Shown here one piece after another: positions 19,980 to 30,900 of a stretch of DNA of 64,000 bases. This stretch comes from Alphaproteobacteria bacterium. Lineage in GTDB: Bacteria; Pseudomonadota; Alphaproteobacteria; UBA828. The notes beneath the pieces were generated by a model. That model had not been told where the DNA came from. It did no database searches and saw only the letters and a program-made list of their open reading frames with translations. A program made the translations under genes and the position numbers. How positions within the stretch are numbered: position 1 is the stretch's first letter; each line of letters starts with the position of its first letter. The DNA is taken from assembly GCA_965237415.1 (NCBI GenBank), contig CBDEFM010000002.1, forward strand, positions 2,240,001 through 2,304,000. The letters run 5' to 3'.

Positions 19980-20728
19980 TCCACATCGATCCCTCGCGCT
20001 CAGCCGAGGTCGCGAAGGCCCTGTTCGGCGGCGTCATCGGTGTCGTGTTCCTGGTCTGCGACCGCCTCTCGACCTACAAGAGGCTGGCCCGAGAGCTCGA
20101 CGGCAAGGTGATCCTCCAGTGGTGTTGGGCGCACCAGCGCAGATCGTTTATCGACTGTGCCGCCGGCCACGTGCGGCTCACCCGCTGGTGCCAGGGATGG
20201 ATCGAGCGGATCGCAGCGATCTACCGGCTGAACGATGCGCGGCTGGAGCATTACGACCCCGCTCTCGAACGCCAGACACCAGAGTTCGACGCGGCGCAGG
20301 GCGAGCTGAACAAGGCGGTCGACGACCTGTTCGCGGACACCGAAGCGGAACTGGCCGGCCTGTCGGCCAAGGCGCTCAGGGCCAAGCCGCTGCGCTCGCT
20401 GCTCAACCACCGCGAGGGGCTGAGCGTCTTCGTCGATCACCCGCAGGTGCCGCCCGATAACAACCGCGCCGAGCTTGCCCTCAGGAGTGCGGTCATAGGA
20501 CGACAGCTCTCGTTCGGTTCCGACAGCGAGACCGGCGCCAGGTTCACGGCCATGATGTACTCGGTGGCGGGCACGCTCGCCATGAACGGCATCGATGTTC
20601 GGCGCTGGCTCGAGGAATGGCTGTCAGCGTGCGCGAAAAATGGCGGAAAACCGCCGGACGACCTGTCGCCCTGGCTGCCATGGTCGATGAGCGAGGGCCG
20701 CAGGCGTGCTCTCGCGGCGCCGGGATGA
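19980..20728 (+). pseudogene. IS66-family transposase C-terminal part
   Basis: VCDRLSTY, CWAHQRR and PPDNNRAELALR...SFGSDS motifs; the N-terminal part is replaced by the intron. Confidence 0.8.
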
Positions 20729-21267
20729 CCGGCGAGATCGAGTGCCGCTATTACGGGCGCGAGTTCACCGCCGAAGAGATGGCGCTTCTGCGCGTCCTGG
20801 TGGCCGGTCCCGCGCGGCTCACCCGCCATGCCCTGTCGAAGGAGTTTTGCCGGCACATCGGCTGGTTCAGGCCCGACGGCGGGCTCAAGGACATGATGGC
20901 CAGGGTCACCATGCTGGCCATGCACAGGGACGGCCTGATCACCCTGCCGCCGCCCAGGTGGCAGCAGGGCCAGCAAAAGCCGATTGTCTTCGGGCCTGAC
21001 ACCGAAACGCCGCTGTTCCCGGCGCCGACAACCCTCGACGAAGTCCGCCCGCTCGAACTGCGCACCGTCGTGCGCGGCATCCACGACTTGCGTCATACGT
21101 TCGCTTCCGAGGCGGTAATGGGGGGCGAGAGCTTGCCGATGGTGGGGCGGATCCTGGGCCATACGCAAGCGCAGACGACCGCGCGTTACGCCCATATCGC
21201 CGACGATCCCCTGCAGAGGGCGTCGGAGCGGATTGCGTCATCTCTCAAGCAGGCGATGGACGGATAG
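20725..21267 (+). pseudogene. DUF4338-like N-terminus fused to a copy of the tyrosine integrase C-terminus
   Basis: RYYGREFT...LSKEFC...W...G.LKDM...LITLPPPR, followed by IHDLRHTFAS...AMDG, which matches the end of the 49339-50481 product. Confidence 0.65.
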
Positions 21268-21652
21268 GACAAGGTCTTATCGGCGCAATCTGGAAAACTT
21301 CCATGCCCTGGAAATTTCAGTGGAGCGGAATAGTTCCCGGGTTATTGCCAAGCGATGGAGTGCCGGTGCGCGGGGTGAGGATCGGTATCTAAGAGGCGTT
21401 GGTGCGAAGCGGACGAGGCGGTCGCGCTGGTCGCACGGGGTATGGCTACGGCCATCGAGGGAGCGAGGTTAGCGCTGTTGAACAGCGGCGGCGTGAGCGT
21501 GGGTGCGGTTGCTGAAGCTTCCCCCTTCGGCAGAATCGCCGGGTGGGCGCCGCTATGTGTGGCCGGCATGGATTTTTCCTCAATTGGCATTTTCAATTTC
21601 AGCCCGGTGCCATTAATCGGCTCGGTTCTGCCCTTGGCGAAGGCGGCTTCCC
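21077..21652. repeat. 576-bp near-identical inverted duplicate of 48954-49529
   Basis: Reverse-complement match read by eye, with one mismatch noticed; the ORF track shows matching translations. Confidence 0.9.
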
Positions 21653-21840
21653 CAGCCGGCTGGCAGGACATCGGCGAACAGGCGTCGGCACCCACGCGCT
21701 ACGCGGCCGCCCCGGCGGGCATTGGCGCGAGCGTGCCCGGCGCCCGCGACTGAACAGGCCCGGCCGCGCTGCGGCGGCCGCTGCGACGGTGTCCGTTCCC
21801 TGCCCGCCCCCGATGCCAGGTGCGCATCGGAGGTGGTGTC

Positions 21841-23397
21841 ATGCATGTCGTTGTCGTCGAGTCCCCGGCCAAGGCAAAGACCATCGGGCGGTATCTCGGC
21901 GACGGCTACAGGGTCTTCGCCAGCTACGGCCATGTGAGCGACTTGCCGGCCAAGGACGGCTCGGTCCGGCCCGAGGACGGCTTCGCCATGACCTACGTGA
22001 CGGCGCGCCGGGCGAACCGGGTGCTGAGCAGCATCAGGGCCGCGCTCAAGGACGCCGAGAGCCTGATCCTCGCCACCGACCCGGACCGCGAGGGCGAGGC
22101 GATCGCGTGGCAGGTGCTGACCTGGCTCCAGGAGAAGGACGCGATCGGGGAGAAGCCGGTGTGCCGCGTCGACTTCCACGAGATCACCGAGCATGGGGTG
22201 CGCGACGCGATGGCGCATCCGCGCGACCTCGACATGGACCTGGTGCGGGCGCAGCAGGCGCGCAGGGCGTTGGACTACCTGGTGGGCTTCCACCTCTCGC
22301 CGGTGCTGTGGCGCAAGGTCCCCGGAAGCCGTTCGGCCGGGCGCGTGCAGTCGGTGGCGCTCCGCCTCGTCTGCGAGCGCGAGGCGGAGATCGAATCCTT
22401 CGTGCCGCAGGAGTACTGGACCGTGGACGTGCAGCTGGAGGCGGCCGGCGGCGGGAGCTTCACGGCAAGGCCGGTCATGCTCGACGGCAGCGAGCTCGAC
22501 CGGCTCGGGATCGGCACCGGGACCATGGCGGAGGACGCCGCACGGCGCATTCGCGAGGGGCGGTTCACGGTCGCGACGGTCGAGCGGAGGGAGATCGGGC
22601 GCAACCCGGTGCCGCCCTTCGACCAGATCGCCACCGCCGACGTGATGGCCGTCCTGATCCCGCACTGGCACACCAAGAACGAAACCATGCGGCGCGTGCG
22701 CCAGCGGACCGGCGCGGTGATGAAGTGGGCCGTCGCCCAGGTCTACCGCGACGACAACCCCGCGGGAGACGCGATCTCGGCCGCGCTGCCGAAGACGGGA
22801 ACCATGCGCAAGCACCAACGCGCCCTCCCCTTCGCGGAGGTCGGCGCCGCGCTCGACAAGGTGAGGGCGTCAGGCGCGTTCACGAGCACCGTGCTCGCGC
22901 TCGAGTTCCTGGTGCTGACGGCCTGCCGGTCCAGCGAGGTCCGGCTTGCCAGATGGGACGAGGTCGATCTCGAATCGGAGACCTGGACGGTCCCGGCGAG
23001 CCGCATGAAGGCGAAGCGCGATCACCGGGTGCCGCTGCCTGCGCGCGCGCTGCAAATCCTGCACGAGGCGCGGGAGCTCTCGGGCGGCTCGGGCCTGGTC
23101 TTCCCCTCTGCGCACGGCCGCGCGCTCAGCGACAGCACGATCTCCAAGCTCCTCCGGGACCTCGGGATCGAGGCCGTGCCGCACGGCTTCCGCTCGTCGT
23201 TCCGGGACTGGGCGGCGGAGTGCTCGGATGCGCCCCGCGAGGTCTGCGAGCTCGCTCTGGCGCACGTGAATTCGGATAGGGTGGAGGCGGCGTACCGCCG
23301 GACGGACCTGTTCGAGCGCCGCCGGGTGCTGATGGAGGAATGGTCGCGATTCGTGGGGCGATCGGCTGAAAGCGGCGAATATCGAGGCGAGCGGTAG
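21841..23397 (+). CDS. Chimeric ORF: topoisomerase IA N-terminus (Toprim) fused to a P4-like tyrosine integrase catalytic domain
   Basis: VVESPAKAKTI, ATDPDREGEAIAW and SAGRVQSVAL up to NPVPPF; then TACRSSEV, HGFRSSFRDW, LAH and AAYRR. Confidence 0.75.
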   Translation: MHVVVVESPAKAKTIGRYLGDGYRVFASYGHVSDLPAKDGSVRPEDGFAMTYVTARRANRVLSSIRAALKDAESLILATDPDREGEAIAWQVLTWLQEKDAIGEKPVCRVDFHEITEHGVRDAMAHPRDLDMDLVRAQQARRALDYLVGFHLSPVLWRKVPGSRSAGRVQSVALRLVCEREAEIESFVPQEYWTVDVQLEAAGGGSFTARPVMLDGSELDRLGIGTGTMAEDAARRIREGRFTVATVERREIGRNPVPPFDQIATADVMAVLIPHWHTKNETMRRVRQRTGAVMKWAVAQVYRDDNPAGDAISAALPKTGTMRKHQRALPFAEVGAALDKVRASGAFTSTVLALEFLVLTACRSSEVRLARWDEVDLESETWTVPASRMKAKRDHRVPLPARALQILHEARELSGGSGLVFPSAHGRALSDSTISKLLRDLGIEAVPHGFRSSFRDWAAECSDAPREVCELALAHVNSDRVEAAYRRTDLFERRRVLMEEWSRFVGRSAESGEYRGER

Positions 23398-23624
23398 GTC
23401 TTGCCTCCGACGAAGTTCGCGAGGGCTGGTGTGAAGGGGTTGAAGCCGCGGGTCGGAGGCGTGAGGGTGGAAGGAGTGGCGCCAAGCGGCCGCTGGTACG
23501 CGTCGATGGCGCTCGACGGTGCGATTCAGAAAATAGCATTACCCGCTATTTGCGAATTCTCTGAGATTCGATAATATCGAGTCGCGCTATTTTCACTCCC
23601 GAAAATAAGGGATGTCGTCTGTCG

Positions 23625-24824
23625 ATGGCGGCTGATCCGAATCGCCGGCCACATGGCCGCGTCGTGCGAGGCTCTGGCGGCTACACCGCATTCGTGCCCG
23701 CACCGCTACCCCCACCGCTGGCGTGGGACGGAGAACTCGTGGCTGCGCTCTCGAACGCAGACCGGGCGATCGGCCGTCTGGCCGGCGAGGGCTGGCGGTT
23801 TGCCAATCCCGAAATCTTTATCATCCCCTTCCTTCGGCGGGAAGCGGTGCTGTCAAGCCGCATCGAGGGTACGCGAACGACGCTTGAAGAATTGCTCGCC
23901 GCGCAGGCGGGCGTGCCGGTGGGGCGAGGCTCTGAGGATCTCGAAGAGGTCGTGAACTACGTGGATGCGCTGGAGTACGGGCTGGAGCGCCTGGACACGC
24001 TGCCGCTGTCCTTGCGCCTGATCCGAGAGATCCACGAGCGGCTCATGCGCGGCGTGCGCGGCGATACGGCAACCCCCGGAGAATTCCGGCGTAGCCAGAA
24101 CTGGATCGGACCGCCCGGATGCACGTTGAACGATGCGAGTTACGTGCCACCGCCCGCCGATGAGTTGATGGGATGCCTCGACGCGCTGGAACGATTTCTG
24201 CACGACGACACGCTGCCACCGCTGGTCCATGTCGGCATCGCTCACGCGCAGTTCGAAGCCATTCACCCGTTTCTTGACGGCAACGGGCGGGTGGGTCGTC
24301 TTCTCATCACGCTGCTGCTGGTCGAACGTGAGATTCTGCCATCGCCGCTCCTTTATCTGAGTGCCTACTTCGAGGCGTCTCGCGAAGAGTACTACGCGCA
24401 TTTGCTGGCGGTGACCCAGGAAGGCGCGTGGGAGCGTTGGTTGGCCTATTTCCTTCGAGGCGTCCAGGTCCAGGCTGAGGACGCAATTGACCGGATGGTA
24501 GAGATAAACGACCTGTTCGAGGAATGGCGGGAGGCGCTCGCTGGCGTTCAATCCGGGCGGCCCGAAGAGGTGTTGCGCCTGTTCATCGGAAATCCCTTTT
24601 GGACGGCGAGCGGGATCGCCGAAGAAATGGGGGTCGCCTACACGACGGCGCGGCGGGCCATTGAACGACTGGAAGAGGCTGGAATCGTGTCACAGACTGG
24701 GACGTCGAAGCGTAACCGTGTCTACTGCGCCCGCGACATGCTCGAGGTATTGGAAGCCCCCCGCGCGGCAACGCGGACAGCTTCGACTAAGGATAATATC
24801 CAAGCGGTGGACGAATTAGCATGA
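23625..24824 (+). CDS. Fic-family protein (AMPylase) with C-terminal HTH
   Basis: HPFLDGNGRVGR motif; SSRIEG inhibitory helix. Confidence 0.92.
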   Translation: MAADPNRRPHGRVVRGSGGYTAFVPAPLPPPLAWDGELVAALSNADRAIGRLAGEGWRFANPEIFIIPFLRREAVLSSRIEGTRTTLEELLAAQAGVPVGRGSEDLEEVVNYVDALEYGLERLDTLPLSLRLIREIHERLMRGVRGDTATPGEFRRSQNWIGPPGCTLNDASYVPPPADELMGCLDALERFLHDDTLPPLVHVGIAHAQFEAIHPFLDGNGRVGRLLITLLLVEREILPSPLLYLSAYFEASREEYYAHLLAVTQEGAWERWLAYFLRGVQVQAEDAIDRMVEINDLFEEWREALAGVQSGRPEEVLRLFIGNPFWTASGIAEEMGVAYTTARRAIERLEEAGIVSQTGTSKRNRVYCARDMLEVLEAPRAATRTASTKDNIQAVDELA

Positions 24825-24937
24825 ATGCTGCATTTCTGCGAAGACTCCTCTGTAAAGAGTTTTAATGAACCGGGAAGTCCGACACAACTGACGGGCACAA
24901 GGGATGAAATGTGTACTAAATCAGCGAACTCCAGACG

Positions 24938-27900
24938 ATGACTAGCATTCCTGAGGAGACTGCTGTGCCGCGGGGAGACCTATCCCGGCAAGCTGTAGCG
25001 TCCTTAGGCGGTTACACTTATCAAATCTATTTGAGCGCTTTGGCGTGGGCTGAATTGAAGCCACACGAAATTCTCTTTCTTGAGATTGCTGAAGATTTCG
25101 CCGTTGTCGCACGAGACGCATTGCAGGCCGTTCAGGTTAAGTCATCGAGGAAAAGTTTGACGCTCAACTCCAAAGAAACTATCGCGGCAATTGAAAGCTT
25201 CATTAGCTTGCAAAAGAAAAACAATACGAGTCGAGTACATCTTGTCTATCATACTGCCGCAAATGCGGGTAAGGAGAGACGAAAAGTCGACCGCATAGAG
25301 GGAAAAGGTGGAATAGAATACTGGCGAGATGTTCAGAATGGCGCAGACGCAAAGCCGCTTCTTGATAGAGTGCTCGCGTTAGACCTAAAGGCAGAGACCA
25401 AGCAATACATTAGTAACTTATCCTTGGGAAGGTTCAAGACAGAAGTCGTTTCAAGATTGGAATGGCGCTGTGGTCAAAAATCATTGACTGAAGCTAAGGA
25501 AGAACTAGAACGAGTTATGGTTGAGTACGGAACAGCGTTAGACGTGCACCCGGAAGATTGCGCTACAGCCATGCGAGTTGTTGTCGGCACCGTGCTTGAA
25601 AGAGCCAGTGAGAAGGGCACCAGGAGGCTTGATATAGAGGATTTCGGGTCAGTTTTTCGCAGAGCAACCTCGATCCGCATTGATAACAGGCACTTGCGTG
25701 CGTTGGCGGAGGATATAGTACAGAACCAACCCACCGAGTTGGTGGACCGAGAACTCATCTGCCTGTGCGAAGAGCTGAGATTGCTTCGATTTTTTGAGGA
25801 ATTTGCTAGCAAGACGAAGGCAGAAGCACTTCTGCAGCGAGTGCTGAACGGCACCCTCTGCGGGGGTAGTCCGTCGGTGCGTTCCCGAGCATTGGGTTGG
25901 TGTGCACGAGTACTCTATATCGATCCTCAGGAGTATGACTTGAAAGACTGTCTAGATGCAATATCGCGCATGGCGCCCACTCCCGAGAGCCAAGTGGCAA
26001 AGGTGTTGTGCGAACACAGAGACAGTCTAGAAGAGACAGTGTCGTTGCTGACTACTCAAGGATCGAAGGTGGCACGATCGGCAGCTCTCATGCGCATCGT
26101 GAATGAGCAGGGCCCCGAGGCCGGTCTTGAATGGTTCAAGGCTGTATGTGCATCAGTCACTGAAATAGATGGCTGCGGAATGACCTCTCTTCTTGCTGGG
26201 TTATGTCAAGCCAGTAAGTGGGACAAAGCCTTCGCACTAGCAGATCAAATTGATTTGGCGGATGCCCGGGAATACCCTGCCCTATGTCAAGTGCTGACGG
26301 TAGCTAAAGTTGCGCGCACTGCGCCCGACGAATTTCGATTTGTTCTGTTGGCGGGTGTCCCCTTTGATGCGGAGAGCTTCAAGCTGTCCGAGGACGCTGA
26401 GGATCAAGAGCACCGAAATGCTGCCGCGGAACTTTTGGATCACGTACAAGAATGCGCGATGGCAGCAAGTCTGCCGGATACGGCAAGATATGCTAAGCAG
26501 TTCGCTCTTTGGCTCCGACTGCGCTCGCCGACGCAACGTGATGAAGCCAGACGACAACTGCGTGTAGACCTTAGCGATCCTGATAAATCGCTGTCGGTGG
26601 TAAACCTCGCGCTTTGCTTTGGTGTGGAGGTGGATGCAGAGGAGGTAGAGAAGGCCATTCGCCAGTCCACAAGTCAAAACCTTGGAAAACTAACCATGGA
26701 TGGCGCATGTGCGAGGCTTGCGCTGATACTTTCAAGTGGCGACGCGAACGTGGTAGCAAACGAGCTTCGAGAGCATCGAAATGCTCTTTCGGAGCGACTG
26801 GACGGAGATCAATTGTTTCTCTTGGAGTTTGGAGCGCTTTGTAGTGCGGGACGCCGAACAGAGGCAAAACATCTTCGAGAGAGATCTGGTGAGCGCGGTG
26901 AGCATGTAGAACGGCTGGCGAGCCATATGCTCGCGGAGGCGGAAGGAGCCGACGCGCTAGAGCTTCGTCTTGCTAGATTTGAAGAAACCCTAAGGACCGA
27001 GGACCTTGAGGCGGTTATTCAAGCTCTGCGCGATAAGGACGATCACAGACAGCTGGCGGACTATGCGGAGCGTTTGTACGAGAGAACGCATGATCTAAAC
27101 GATGCCAAGCAATTCGTGAGAGCATTGGATGATTCTAAACAGTTCGATCGCGCGGACAAATTTCTTGATAGTCATTTGGGGATGGTAGACGAGAACGCCG
27201 AATTGTCTACTCGGTATTGTATGTCACAGCATCAACGTGGCGATGTTAATGGTGCCTGGGCGAGAATTTTGAAACTGAGGAAGATATCGGACACAGAAAC
27301 ACGCCGAGGGCTTTTCGTTTCGATTTGTATTGCTTCAGGCCGATGGAGCGAACTTGAGCAATTCGCCAGTGCTGAATATGAGTCTAGGGCCGATCGTAAG
27401 CCTGAAGAACTGGTTCGAGCCGGTCATCTAGTCGCGAGAAGCGCGCCACGTGTGTCACGTGAATTGGTGGAGGCCGCAGTGCAGGCGGCGGCTGACGAGC
27501 CGAATATATTGGCAGCAGCTTACTTGATTGCATCCAACTCCGGATGGGAGGAGGAGCCGGTAGTCGGGGAGTGGCTGAGAGGGGCAATCGCTCGATCGGG
27601 AGAAACGGGTCCTTTTGTTAAGATATCATTGGAGGACTTTGTTCGCAGTGCGCCGGAGTGGAATGAACGTGAAGCAAAGATTTGGGAGGCTCTTCAGTCG
27701 GCTCACATACCCATTTCACTTGTTGCGGCCGCTCTGAATCGACGCCAGACAGACTTGACCTTAGGCGTAGCGGTGGCCAACCGGAAGATCGCAGATCCTA
27801 GACGGAGGGGTATTATCCCAGCATTCCACGGGCATGGGCGTTCACCAAGTATTGAGTCAGTTGAAAGGGTAGTGATCGATCCTTCCGCGTTACTGACTCT

Positions 27901-30900
27901 TTCTGACTTAGGAGTGCTTGAGAAGGCCCTGAAAGTTTTCGATTGCGTTTACATTCCCTTTGAAACATTGCCGCAATTGTACGAGGATCTAGATCGAGCC
28001 CAATTTCATCAGCCGAGCCGGTTACGCACTGCGCGCGCGGTGCTTGATGGGGTGCTAGATGACGTTCTAACACCTTTGGACCCCGCACCAGCGGTCCAGG
28101 GTTGGCTGATTTCTCAAGTTGGACGTTCAATGGCTAGGCTGCTAGGTGCTGCCAAGAGTGTCTCTATGGAGGGTGACGTCTTCGGATATGTCGTTCACCC
28201 TGGAACAATAACTAAACCAATTACTTTAGGAAAAGACCCCGCGAACTTGGGTGAATTGGGAGCGCATGTGATTAGCTGCACAACCCTAGTGCAGCACCTA
28301 CGGCATATAGGGAGCATGTCGTTTGAAGACGCATCGAAGGCGATGAATCTACTTACGTTGCGGGGTGATTGTCCGCCCAGCGATGAAAGACTACAGGCCA
28401 ATTGCACTATATTCCTTGATCGTTTGGCCGCGGAGTACTTGGTGGAGTTAGGTGCTCTTGAGACGTTACGGCGTGCAGAACGGCCCGTCTACATTCTTGC
28501 AGACGAAGTGGATAGTGCAAAACAGCTCCTGGAGTACGAAAAGCGAGCGGATCAGGTGAAGTCTAGCATAGAGCGCATGCGTTTCCTCTTAGCAGAAGGT
28601 ATAGAGAGCGGTCGCATCATTGTGGGTGCTAGTGCGGATACGGCGGGTCGTGAAGAGGAGCTCGGAAAAGCGGGTAACGTGATTGCATCAGCGTTGCAAT
28701 TGCTCGAACACGTTGATGCGTTTGTCTGTAATGATCGAGCGATCAACAAGAATCTGAGTGTTACTAACGAGGGTGTGTCGCGGCCTGTCATCAGCACGCT
28801 CCAACTACTTGGCCGACTAGTCGAACGTGGAGAGTTGAGCGAAGAAGACGAAATCCGTTGCAGACACATGCTTCTGAGTGCGAACTACTTTTTTGTGCCC
28901 CTTAACGCGGAGGATTTAGACTATTGTCTCGATCGAGCCGTAATGATTGATGGAGAACTGGTTGAAACTGCCGAAATGCGGGCACTGAGGGAATATCTTG
29001 CGGCTTGTGCAATGTGGGATTGGCTTCAATTGCCCGAGGAAGGAGCTTGGTTGAAGCAGTCACAGTCGGCAGTTCGATCTTGTATATGGAGACAGTGGGA
29101 GAGAGCGGAAGGTGTTGAGGTGGCCAAGGTAAAGTCGAAGTGGCTGTTAGAGTTGTTTGACTTTCGTGACTGGGCGCGGTTCAGGCCATTCGAAGGTGAA
29201 TCTTCGATTTCAATTCGAGCCGTACAATTGTTCCTACTAACGATACCGCTCGGAACAATGCCCACGAAGGCTCGTACCGTATTCTTGGATTGGCTTGAGC
29301 AAGGGTACATCGCTGGCTTGCGGGATTCATGTCCACCATTATTCAATGAACTCGTTTCATCGGCTAAAGAGCTTATAGAACGAGCTGTTGAAGGTGTGGA
29401 CGAGGAGCATGGCAAAACAATTGTAGCGATAGATGTACTTCGTGATTTTCCTAAGTCGCTATATCAGGCACTTCTGCAGGAGAAAGACCTGATAGCGAAT
29501 TTTTCTATCCCTCGGGAAACAATAGTTCGAATTGCAGAGCCAGCGCCTCATTTTAAACAAGCTGAATTGTATGAGGTAGCTAGAAAGCTGTTAGAGAGGG
29601 TTGGAAGTGTTCAAGTCCTGCCCGACAAGCGGGATGTGAACTGGGAATTTACATGTAGTGACACGCACATATTGACTTGTACTGATGGAACAACCACGGT
29701 CGAGATGCCAGAATTGCGTTATGTTGCATCTTCAAGGGAGCTTCGCATTAGGGGTTTTGAAGCTCTGGCCCGAGGGAGTCTACCTAAGTCCGCAATAGAG
29801 GGTTGGTTGCGTGGCCTTGAAAGAGGCCCATTGGAGAATGCGGACATTACGGCGCTCCACGACGATGTAAGAGCGACTCCAGGTACTGTGGGGCGCCACG
29901 TCCAACAAGCAGTGCAAGTGGGTTCCTTTAGGTGGAATGATTTGATCCCGACCGACAGCCTGTATTGCACGCGCCTAGTGGGCAGACCGGATTTGTGCCA
30001 AACACTCGAAAGCTATCTGGAGAGTGGCTTCAGACGATGGTTTGAGGATCTTCCGGATGTGGCGATGGGCCAAGCAGCAAGGACGATGCTGTTGGCGTGT
30101 AATCTTGGTGAAATCTCGCAGGAAGCCTCTAAATTTATTCGTGGCAAGGTGGATGCGCTGGAGGTATTGAATTGGGCAGGAGAGCAAGATGTACCTGCAG
30201 TGCGGGTGGCGGCGCTTGAGGTGTTCCTCCCGTGGAGCATCGACGACGAGAGCTTGCGGCAACCGCTTTCGCAATTGCTAGAAACGGTGGTCGACACGGA
30301 TGTGTCGAAGGAGAGTAGTTCATACCGGTTCTATGTAGATCTCTATTTGGCGATTGCCGGTCACGTCGCATCGGGACTATGTCTTCGGGAGCAGAGTACA
30401 TTTTACCGACATCTCTATATTGCTGCAGAAGTCAATATACTTCAACAGTGCTTCTCGGCGTCTGCTGTTGATACCACAACATTAGCGCGAGGGATGCGGG
30501 AGGACAAAGCATTCGCGTTTAGTATGCGGGCGCTGGTAGACATGGCGGAATGGCCAAGGTGGCATACGAAATATATGACCCCAGAGATCATGCATGCCGA
30601 TCACCTGGGGAGAATATGGATCGCTGCAGGGGAGCTTGAGGATAAGTTGCCCGAATGTGAGTTAAGGAATCTCCTGTTTGGTGATCTGGAAGACTGTCTG
30701 AAGCCCAATGTGGTGTTTCCGTTGTCATATTTGCCGGGGCCTCTTGAGGGTCGTCGTTCTGATGTATGCAATCAGTCGGAGGAAACAAGAACGGCGATCA
30801 ACGATCAACTAAATGAACGACCGGTGTCAGATCGTACCTTTGCTGGATTGATCACTGCTGGCATGACCTGCGGGGTGTTTGCCGATCAATGCGAGAAGGC

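Noticed and set aside
20725-21076. Druantia defence system
   Set aside because: Only a truncated, IS66-adjacent DUF4338-like fragment is present, with no DruE helicase.
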